Shown piece after piece: positions 31,206 through 39,011 of a stretch of DNA of 64,000 nt. The position numbers and the translations under genes were made by a program. The notes under the pieces were generated by a model. The model ran no database searches. It saw only the letters and a list, made by a program, of their open reading frames with translations, and was not told the origin of the DNA. The DNA is taken from positions 1,052-65,051 of the forward strand of contig CAYVEO010000003.1 in assembly GCA_964449965.1 (NCBI GenBank), in the 5' to 3' direction. How positions within the stretch are numbered: the stretch's first letter is position 1; the number at the start of each line of letters is the position of its first letter. The DNA comes from an uncultured Planctomycetia bacterium. Lineage in GTDB: Bacteria > Omnitrophota > Gorgyraeia > CAYVEO01.

Positions 31206-31250
31206 CTGTGTAATCTCACTTTTAAATCTGTGTAATCATAAATATTGGCT

Positions 31251-32837
31251 TTAATGTTTAAAATGCCTTACGCCGGTGAATATCATGCTTATACCCTTAG
31301 CGTCTGCGGTCTTGATAACTTCTTCATCCCGTATAGACCCGCCAGGCTGTATTATAGCCGTGACGCCTGCACTCGCTGCCATCTCTATCCCGTCTTCTTT
31401 TGGAAAGAATGCGTCACTCGCCAAGACGCTTCCACGTGAGCGTTCCCCTGCCTTTCTGGACGCTATAATAACAGAATCAACCCTGCTCATCTGCCCTGCC
31501 CCTATACCCACAGTCGCTTTATTTTTGACCAGAACTATCGCGTTGGACCTCACATGTTTGGCAATGGCCCAGCCGAATATCAAGGATTTTAATTCCTCAT
31601 CCGAGGGCTTTTTCTTCGTAACGACTTTGAGATTCAAGGCATCTATACTACACACATCCTTATCCTGAATCAATAATCCGCCTGAGACCTTTTTCAAATC
31701 CCATTCTTTATCTGCGTCTTCTCCAAATTCCCCTGTCTCAATGACCCTCATATTCTTTTTCTTTTTAAGTGCCTCCAATGCCTCTGTATCATATCCCGGG
31801 GCAATGACGCATTCCACAAAGTCTGATGAGACAATCTCATTCGCAGTATCCTTATTTAATCTCTTGTTCAAACCTACTATGCTTCCAAATGCAGATAACT
31901 TATCACACTCTAAAGCCGCCTTATACGCTTCTTTTAAGGAATCTCTTAGAGCCACACCACATGGATTGGTATGTTTTATAACGCAGGCGGCAGGCTCGTC
32001 AAATTCTTTTACCAACTGTAAGGCAGCATCCAAGTCAAGGATATTGTTGAATGACAGTTCCTTACCGTGTAACTGTCTGGCAGAGCCTATAGATGGATAT
32101 TCCCTGACTTTGGAAGCAAATCCCGCATCTTTATAGAATGCCCCTTTCTGATGGGGATTCTCACCGTATCTTAGGTCCTGGAGTTTCTCATATCGTAAGA
32201 GAAGGTTTTCGGCAAATTTACTTTCATCCAGAGTAGTTACCTTATCCTTGAATGCATCGGAAAGAAACTCATATATCATGCTGTCATATCCTGATGTCCG
32301 ATTGAATACCTCTATCGCCAGGCTGGCAAGGGTTTCTCTTGAGAGCGTTAAATCATTTGCTTTAAGTTCCTGAAGGATTTCTTTATACCTATCAGGATTA
32401 CATATCACAGCCACGCTTTCAAAATTCTTCGCGGCAGACCTCAGCATAGAAGGACCACCTATGTCTATGTTTTCAATAGCCTCTTCTAACTTAACGCCTT
32501 CTTTTTGAATCACCTTCTCAAACGGATATAGATTTACTACAACCATATCTATCAAACCTATCCCATATTGTTGGACCTGGCGTATATGTTCAGGATTATC
32601 TCTAAGAGCAAGAAGACCCCCGTGTATCTTTGGATGCAGCGTCTTTACCCTCCCATCCAATATCTCAGGAAAACCTGTCCAGTCTGATACCATCTTCACA
32701 GGGATATTTGCCGACAGGAGTAATTTGGCGGTTCCGCCTGTAGAAAGGAGCTCAATCCCCATCTTATGAAGTTCCCTTGCAAAATCTTCTATCCCCTCTT
32801 TATCTGATACGCTGATTAACGCCCTCTTAACCTTCAT
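31251..32837 (-). CDS. purH: Bifunctional AICAR transformylase / IMP cyclohydrolase.
   Basis: MGS-like N-terminus 'ALISVSDKEGIEDFARELHKMGIELLSTGGTAK' and the AICARFT domain. Confidence 0.9.
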   Translation of the reverse strand: MKVKRALISVSDKEGIEDFARELHKMGIELLSTGGTAKLLLSANIPVKMVSDWTGFPEILDGRVKTLHPKIHGGLLALRDNPEHIRQVQQYGIGLIDMVVVNLYPFEKVIQKEGVKLEEAIENIDIGGPSMLRSAAKNFESVAVICNPDRYKEILQELKANDLTLSRETLASLAIEVFNRTSGYDSMIYEFLSDAFKDKVTTLDESKFAENLLLRYEKLQDLRYGENPHQKGAFYKDAGFASKVREYPSIGSARQLHGKELSFNNILDLDAALQLVKEFDEPAACVIKHTNPCGVALRDSLKEAYKAALECDKLSAFGSIVGLNKRLNKDTANEIVSSDFVECVIAPGYDTEALEALKKKKNMRVIETGEFGEDADKEWDLKKVSGGLLIQDKDVCSIDALNLKVVTKKKPSDEELKSLIFGWAIAKHVRSNAIVLVKNKATVGIGAGQMSRVDSVIIASRKAGERSRGSVLASDAFFPKEDGIEMAASAGVTAIIQPGGSIRDEEVIKTADAKGISMIFTGVRHFKH

Positions 32838-33676
32838 TTCTCAAGCCTCCTTTTAGTGGTCACTTTTCTAAATTCATCTAACAGTTTCTTTGTGATTGAC
32901 CCTGGTTTTCCATCACTTATAATCCTCTTATCTACCGATACAACTGGCATTACTTCTATACTTGTATTTGTCAGGAATACCTCTGCTGCATTATAGACAT
33001 CGTGTCTGGTAATAGGCGTCTCCAATACCTTGAGCCCGCACTTCTCTGCCAGTTCTATGACAACGCCCCGTGTAATTCCTTTAAGGAGTCCTGAATAGAC
33101 AGGAGGTGTCAGAATTATACCGGCTTTCAGAATAAATACATTGCTAACAGAACCCTCTGTAAGATGCCCTTCATGATTTAACATTAGCACTTCAAACGGC
33201 TCCTGATTCATCCCATCTATCTTTGCAAGTATTCCCCATAGAAAATTGGATGACTTGACACTGGGCAAGATGTCTTTTGGAGAATCCCTCCATACAGCAG
33301 AAGTCATAACCTTTACCCCATTTTCATAATATTCAAGAGGATAAGGGACGAACTTCTTAACTATTATTTCAACGTTTTCTGCACATATACTTACCCTTAT
33401 ATATGTATTTTCTATATGACATTCAGCGAGTTTCTCTTTAATCAACCCTGCTAATATTTTCTTTCTATACGGCATTTTAAACCCTATGGAATTGGCAGAT
33501 GCGAATAGTCTGTTTAGATGCTCATCAAGTTTGAAAATCATGCCATTATACGCACGCATACTTTCAAATATGCCACTTGCACCATTTTCCATGAGTTCTA
33601 TGGAGATACTGCTGTTACTGATGACAGGCGGGACGTCCGCCTTGGCGGACGAGACGCCTGTCCTACAATTTATCAT
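32834..33676 (-). CDS. pabC: Class IV aminotransferase. Context suggests aminodeoxychorismate lyase. The N-terminal 19 codons are the family-1 repeat, so the true start may be downstream.
   Basis: Fold-type IV motifs 'GIFESMRAYNG...HLNRLFASA' and 'EGSVSNVF'. It sits immediately downstream of pabB. Confidence 0.65.
   Translation of the reverse strand: MINCRTGVSSAKADVPPVISNSSISIELMENGASGIFESMRAYNGMIFKLDEHLNRLFASANSIGFKMPYRKKILAGLIKEKLAECHIENTYIRVSICAENVEIIVKKFVPYPLEYYENGVKVMTSAVWRDSPKDILPSVKSSNFLWGILAKIDGMNQEPFEVLMLNHEGHLTEGSVSNVFILKAGIILTPPVYSGLLKGITRGVVIELAEKCGLKVLETPITRHDVYNAAEVFLTNTSIEVMPVVSVDKRIISDGKPGSITKKLLDEFRKVTTKRRLEK
33619..33676 (-). repeat. Family-1 palindromic repeat, copy B (57 nt, includes the ATG).
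   Basis: 'ATGATAAATTGTAGGACAGGCGTCTCGTCCGCCAAGGCGGACGTCCCGCCTGTCATC' on the minus strand. Confidence 0.7.
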
Positions 33677-35192
33677 AACCGCCTACAATGTCCACTGCCT
33701 TAAATAATGCCTCTGCCTTGTAGAGCGTCTCATAATATTCCCGGACAGGGTCTGAATCTGCTACGATACCTGCACCTACCTGTAGATACCCCATGCCTTT
33801 GGTAAGTATCAATGTCCTTATAACTATATTTAAGTCCATGTCTCCATTGAAACTTAGATATCCTATTGAACCTGTATAGATATTCCTGGTTACGGGTTCT
33901 AACTCGTCAATGATTTCCATACACCGGACCTTGGGACAGCCTGTTATGGTTCCGCCGGGAAAACCTGCCCTCAACAGGTCAAAACAGTCCATACCGTGTC
34001 TCATCTTGCCTACTACATTGGACACTATATGGAAGACATGGGAATATTCCTCAAGCACAAGGAATTCATCTACCAATACACTCCCATATTCACATACCCT
34101 GCCCAAGTCATTCCTTTCCAAATCAACGAGCATTATGTGTTCTGCCCTCTCTTTTTCATTAAGTATTAATTCGTTAGACAATCTCCTGTCTTCTTCATCG
34201 GTCTTACCCCTCGGCCTCGTTCCTGCTATCGGACGGGTCTGGACATCCCTGCCTTCTAACTTCAACAGCCTCTCAGGTGATGAACTCACAATCTGTAAAT
34301 CGCCTAAGTCAAGATAAGCCGCAAAAGGCGATGGATTGATATTCCTCAGTGCCTTATATAAGACAAACGGGTCATGCTCACAGGGAATAGAAAACCTCTG
34401 TGATAGATTGGCTTGGAATATATCGCCTGACGCGATATATTCCTTTGCCTTTTTTACTATTTTACAGAATCCTTCTTCGGTAAAGTTGGATTTAATAGAT
34501 GTTAAATTAAGCCCCGACGTAACGTCGGGGCAACTACAATATTTTGAAATTCCTGTACACTCTAAATTATTACCTTCCCTTAACCTTGCAACAACCCTTT
34601 CAATCTTATCAACGGCTTCGTCGTAAGATTTGTCAGTATCCTCAATACCCTTGGCGTTTGAAATAACCTTGACACTGCCCTTAATATGGTCAAATGCAAT
34701 GATGGTATCAACAAATAGAAGATTTATGTCAGGTATTTCAAGGTCATCCTCTGCTATTCTCGGAAGGCTTCCAAAGAAGTGTCTGATATCGTATCCAAAA
34801 TATCCTACGGCCCCGCCTGTCCAATTTGGCAAGCCATCTAAGCGGACAGAATGCAGGTTATTAAAGAGCCGCCGCAATTCTAATACAGGGTTTCCTTCAA
34901 GCCGCTCAGTATTTCCGTCTCTTCTTACAATCTCTATACATCTATCCTTGCTCCTGAATACCATAAATGGATCAAAGCCTATAAATGAATATCTCCCTGT
35001 CTTTGGATGAACCCTGGCGCTCTCAAGAAGAAAACTGTTCTTGCCTGGATTCAGCCTCTCAAATATTTCAGAAGGTTCGGGGACAGTCCCAGAACAGGGA
35101 CAGTCCCCTTTAGCATTTAACTCCTTATAAACAGGCACCATCAAGCCTTCTTTAGATAATTCTTTGAATGTTTTCTTATCAGGGTAATACAT
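33663..35192 (-). CDS. pabB: Aminodeoxychorismate (or anthranilate) synthase component I. It carries a 19-codon in-frame insertion derived from the family-2 repeat.
   Basis: Chorismate-binding domain 'IASGDIFQANLSQRF', 'PIAGTRPRG', 'VDLERNDL'. Pairs with the adjacent class IV aminotransferase. Confidence 0.8.
   Translation of the reverse strand: MYYPDKKTFKELSKEGLMVPVYKELNAKGDCPCSGTVPEPSEIFERLNPGKNSFLLESARVHPKTGRYSFIGFDPFMVFRSKDRCIEIVRRDGNTERLEGNPVLELRRLFNNLHSVRLDGLPNWTGGAVGYFGYDIRHFFGSLPRIAEDDLEIPDINLLFVDTIIAFDHIKGSVKVISNAKGIEDTDKSYDEAVDKIERVVARLREGNNLECTGISKYCSCPDVTSGLNLTSIKSNFTEEGFCKIVKKAKEYIASGDIFQANLSQRFSIPCEHDPFVLYKALRNINPSPFAAYLDLGDLQIVSSSPERLLKLEGRDVQTRPIAGTRPRGKTDEEDRRLSNELILNEKERAEHIMLVDLERNDLGRVCEYGSVLVDEFLVLEEYSHVFHIVSNVVGKMRHGMDCFDLLRAGFPGGTITGCPKVRCMEIIDELEPVTRNIYTGSIGYLSFNGDMDLNIVIRTLILTKGMGYLQVGAGIVADSDPVREYYETLYKAEALFKAVDIVGGYDKL
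34504..34555 (+). repeat. Family-2 repeat copy 3, located inside the pabB reading frame. On the coding strand it translates as 'GISKYCSCPDVTSGLNLTS'.
   Basis: 'ttaagccccgacgtaacgtcggggcaactacaatattttgaaattcctg' is identical in hairpin and tail to copy 1. Confidence 0.7.
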
Positions 35193-35212
35193 ATTATGCG
35201 GGTTTTGAGATC

Positions 35213-36742
35213 TTAGAACAGAATATTCCTGTCGAGGGTGCGATATTGTATAGCCTCAGAAATATCTTCTTCCCTGATTGATTCGGAACCAGCCAGGTCA
35301 GCAATAGTCCTTGCTACTTTAAGGATCTTATCATACGCCCTCGCAGAAATACCCAATTCATCTATGGCGGCCTTTAGCAGATTCTTAGTCTCATCATTAA
35401 GGGAACAAGATTTCTTTATCATCCTGTGATTCATCTGGGAGTTAAAATATATCCCTGTATCTTTAAATCTTTGAATCTGGAAGCCGCGGGATTTTTCCAC
35501 GCGTTCCTTTATGTCCTTAGAACTTTCACCATCATCCTTTCCTGTAAGTTCCCTGTATTTAAGTGCCGGGACCTCAATGTGTATATCAATCCTGTCTAAT
35601 AACGGCCCTGATATCTTCTCCCTGTATTTCTGTATCTGATAAGGATTACAATGGCATTCCTTTGAAGAACCGAAAAAACCGCATGGGCACGGATTCATCG
35701 TAGCAATAAAGAGAAACCTGCTCGGGAACCTGAGGGATTTGCTTATCCTTGAAATCGTCACATATCCATCTTCAAGCGGCTGTCTGAGCGCCTCTAACGT
35801 ATCCCTGTGAAATTCCGGAAGTTCATCAAAGAATAATACCCCATTGTGGGCAAGGCTCACCTCGCCAGGCCTCGGTATCGTCCCGCCACCCACTATGGAA
35901 ATGTCTGATGCCGTATGATGTGAATTCCTGAAAGGCCTGTTAGTGACCAGGGATTCTTTAGACGAAAGTAAACCCGCAACGCTATAAATCTTTGTGGTTT
36001 CTAACGCCTCCTCAAGCGTTATGTCAGGCAATATCGTAAGGAGCCTCTTTGCAAGCATACTCTTCCCGCTGCCAGGCGGGCCAATCATTAACAAGTTATG
36101 ATACCCTGCTGCAGCAATCTCTAAAGCCCGCTTAGCATGTTCCTGACCTTTTACTTCAGAAAAATCAACGTCATAATTTGACGCACCTTTAAACATATCT
36201 TCCGGATTAACCCTGTGGCGCGGTATGGAAGACCCTTCATTAATAAACTCTATTGCCTGGGCTAATGTCTGGACAGGATAGACCTCAATATCTTCAACAA
36301 TAGCAGCCTCAGAGGCATTTTCCTCCGGTAAAATAAATTTCTTTATATGAGAGCCCTTCATGCTCAAAGCGATGGGCAAGGCGCCGCGGGTAGTCCGGAC
36401 GCTGCCGTCAAGAGCGAGTTCTCCCAATATTATATACTCTTTTAACGAACCTTCTTTAATCTGGGATGTGGCGGCTAATATCCCGAGGGCTATTGGCAGG
36501 TCAAAACTTGGTCCTTCTTTCCGGACATCGGCAGGGGCAAGATTAACCGTGATTCTGCTTACAGGGTAGTCAAACCGGCTGTTCTTAATGGCAGACTTGA
36601 CGCGGTCTTTACTTTCCCGGACAGCAGTATCAGGTAATCCTACGATTACTACGGTTGGCAGGCCGCTTGAAACATCCACCTCTATCTCTGTCAAGTATGT
36701 CTCCATTCCGAGAGTGGAATAGGAAAAGACTTTTGCGAGCAC
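35213..36742 (-). CDS. comM: YifB/ComM-family Mg-chelatase-like AAA+ ATPase.
   Basis: N-terminal Lon-like ChlI domain, Walker A 'MIGPPGSGKSM' and Walker B 'GVLFFDELPEF'. Confidence 0.85.
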   Translation of the reverse strand: MLAKVFSYSTLGMETYLTEIEVDVSSGLPTVVIVGLPDTAVRESKDRVKSAIKNSRFDYPVSRITVNLAPADVRKEGPSFDLPIALGILAATSQIKEGSLKEYIILGELALDGSVRTTRGALPIALSMKGSHIKKFILPEENASEAAIVEDIEVYPVQTLAQAIEFINEGSSIPRHRVNPEDMFKGASNYDVDFSEVKGQEHAKRALEIAAAGYHNLLMIGPPGSGKSMLAKRLLTILPDITLEEALETTKIYSVAGLLSSKESLVTNRPFRNSHHTASDISIVGGGTIPRPGEVSLAHNGVLFFDELPEFHRDTLEALRQPLEDGYVTISRISKSLRFPSRFLFIATMNPCPCGFFGSSKECHCNPYQIQKYREKISGPLLDRIDIHIEVPALKYRELTGKDDGESSKDIKERVEKSRGFQIQRFKDTGIYFNSQMNHRMIKKSCSLNDETKNLLKAAIDELGISARAYDKILKVARTIADLAGSESIREEDISEAIQYRTLDRNILF

Positions 36743-36762
36743 TATTTCTCCTGCATTGCAAA

Positions 36763-37320
36763 TTATTTTTTCTTGAGCACAAATATGTTTACTATCAACC
36801 GGATATTGTGGACCATTGGGTCAGGATTAGTATTGATGGTAAGGTCTGTAACCTTCATGAATCTATCTGAATTCTCTATCATGTTAATGAACCTGCCTAA
36901 ATCATGGTAGCTGCATATTAGATTTATAGTTATAGGGATTTCTATATAAGGGGCTGCCACTGCAGGACTTTGAGAATACATGTCTTGAGGCTGGATAGTA
37001 ATAAATTTTATCCTGCATTGATTTGCCATGTCCGTAAACCCTTTCAGAAGTGAAGGCATCTCTTTCTCTGCAGGGAGTTTATCTTTATAATAAGTTACCT
37101 TCTTCTCAATCTCTGCAAGTTCTCTCTTAAGTTTATCTAAATTTGCCTTTGCAGACTTAGCATTATTTATCTCCACTATCTTCTTCTCAATTACAGCCTT
37201 TTTAGCCTTCAATGAACTTGCCATCGGCTTAAACACCAGCATGTAAGACAGTGCCCACAGGATGGCTATAACTAAGCCAGTCAAGATTATATATTCTTTT
37301 TTAATAGGTTTTATATTCAT
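36763..37320 (-). CDS. pilO: Type IV pilus assembly protein PilO.
   Basis: N-terminal TM helix, coiled coil and a C-terminal PilO-like domain. Positioned after pilM and pilN. Confidence 0.65.
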   Translation of the reverse strand: MNIKPIKKEYIILTGLVIAILWALSYMLVFKPMASSLKAKKAVIEKKIVEINNAKSAKANLDKLKRELAEIEKKVTYYKDKLPAEKEMPSLLKGFTDMANQCRIKFITIQPQDMYSQSPAVAAPYIEIPITINLICSYHDLGRFINMIENSDRFMKVTDLTINTNPDPMVHNIRLIVNIFVLKKK

Positions 37321-37321
37321 A

Positions 37322-38002
37322 TTAAGGATTTTTTCTAAAAGGCAGGCTTAACTCAAAATTCCATATATCTACCCCGCCTATCGCTCCCCTCTGTCCAGGT
37401 CCCAATTCTATACTTGAGAAATCTTTGAAAAATGATTCGTCTCCCTTCATCCTATTTATAAAGGCGCCTACTAAATCTACAATCTCCTCGCCTTTCTTTA
37501 ATGAAACCGTGCTGCCTCTGATTACTAAAATCTTAGTTTCCTTCTTTTCCATAGACACAGGCGCTTGTGCCTGTGTCTCGTCACTGCCTCCTTTACCCTT
37601 TGCCTTTACAGCCTGTTTAGAAGGAACCATCTCTACCTTGTTCTCAAGTAAAATACTGGAGAGCCATACGCCTTCCGGAATAAGGTTACTGAGTTGGTTC
37701 AGTTTCTTAGCCCACAAGAGTCTCCCCTTCGTCAGGGTCTCTATAATCGTCACTCTCTCCTCAAGCTGCTGTTTCTTTTCCATTAACGCAGACGTCTCTT
37801 CGGTAATCGGGAGCAGCTCTTTCCATTCGCGTTCAAGGCGGGATAGTTTCCCATTAACCACGATAATCTGGATACTCGAGAAAATCCATGCTAATATAAG
37901 AATGCCCACGAGAAATCCCCCAATAAAAAAGAGAAGGAGTTCCTTAGGCAATTCCTTCTTTTCTTTCCTCATGGATTCCGGCAGCAGATTTATTTCAATC
38001 AT
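37322..38002 (-). CDS. pilN: Type IV pilus assembly protein PilN.
   Basis: 'MIEINLLPE' N-terminus typical of PilN, a single TM helix and a coiled coil. Confidence 0.7.
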   Translation of the reverse strand: MIEINLLPESMRKEKKELPKELLLFFIGGFLVGILILAWIFSSIQIIVVNGKLSRLEREWKELLPITEETSALMEKKQQLEERVTIIETLTKGRLLWAKKLNQLSNLIPEGVWLSSILLENKVEMVPSKQAVKAKGKGGSDETQAQAPVSMEKKETKILVIRGSTVSLKKGEEIVDLVGAFINRMKGDESFFKDFSSIELGPGQRGAIGGVDIWNFELSLPFRKNP

Positions 38003-38009
38003 AAATTTA

Positions 38010-38951
38010 TCACCTTAGAGCCAATCCTATTCCTACAGGCAGGATTGGTCCAACTTCTTTCAATTTATCCATATCAAATTTACCATGGTCTATTTTTATA
38101 TTAGTCAATGGGTCCCATACTTTAGCCTCTACGCCTAACTGGGTATGAATCACATGGCTTAACCCTTTCAATGTAGTGCCGCCGCCGCTCAAATATATCA
38201 GACCCACGTTCTTCTCAGTCTGGTTCTCATAATGGTCAAAACAGAGCCGGACCTCACTTAGTAGATTACTCAGTGCTATAGGAGGTTCCTCGCCTATTTC
38301 CCTGAGTTCCCCATCCTCTGTGATATGGCTTGTGCCTATGTATATGTCCCTGGTAAAGTAAGGGATGCTGCCTTTCAGTATATTCACGCTTGTCCCACCA
38401 TGACCGATGTGAAGAAGGGCTGCAGTATCCTCGTTCAATACCTTTGGCCCGTTCATCTCAAAACAATTAATCAGACAGAATGAGTCTATGTCAATAACCC
38501 CGGGAAATAACCCTGCACTCTTTATTATATCAATCTGCTCATTTATCAGTTCCTTCCTTGCAGCTACAAGGAGTACCTTAACCTTGTTACCGGGTATTTC
38601 TTCCAATGGATAGAAATCAAAGTTCACTTCTTCCATCTTAAGCGGAAGATACTGTTCTGCCTCATATTTTATCGCACTCGCCAGTTCCGCCTTTGTCATC
38701 CTCGGGAGGTCTATGTATCTGACTATCACAGATTCACCAAATACAGCCACATTGACCCTGTGGATACTGCCCGGGGTTTCCTTAATAACCCTTTTTATAG
38801 CATCTATTACAGCATCCTTTCCCTTACCATTGATTTGTGCAACACCAAAACCGGCAAGTTCCATGCCCTCGGACGTCCGGGCAAGTTCTACGAGTTTTAC
38901 AGAACTATCCCCGATATCCAACCCTGCAGATGTTCCCTTCTTCTTAATCAT
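38010..38951 (-). CDS. pilM: Type IV pilus assembly ATPase-fold protein PilM.
   Basis: Actin-like fold 'GLDIGDSSVKLVEL' ... 'IYLSGGGT'. Confidence 0.8.
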   Translation of the reverse strand: MIKKKGTSAGLDIGDSSVKLVELARTSEGMELAGFGVAQINGKGKDAVIDAIKRVIKETPGSIHRVNVAVFGESVIVRYIDLPRMTKAELASAIKYEAEQYLPLKMEEVNFDFYPLEEIPGNKVKVLLVAARKELINEQIDIIKSAGLFPGVIDIDSFCLINCFEMNGPKVLNEDTAALLHIGHGGTSVNILKGSIPYFTRDIYIGTSHITEDGELREIGEEPPIALSNLLSEVRLCFDHYENQTEKNVGLIYLSGGGTTLKGLSHVIHTQLGVEAKVWDPLTNIKIDHGKFDMDKLKEVGPILPVGIGLALR

Positions 38952-39011
38952 TGCATTTTATCCTTAAATAAATTATAACATACTTTATGATAAAGTCAAA
39001 CAAAATTACCC

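Noticed and set aside
8535-33676. Shared N-terminal peptide 'RTGVSSAKADVPPVI' on two ORFs, considered as a conserved targeting domain or paralogy.
   Set aside because: The identity is at the nucleotide level and coincides exactly with the 57-nt repeat. The downstream proteins are unrelated (IspA vs class IV aminotransferase).
26228-34555. Repeated hairpin units considered as a possible CRISPR array.
   Set aside because: Only three copies, separated by 1.6 and 6.6 kb of ordinary genes. No regular spacer periodicity and no cas genes.
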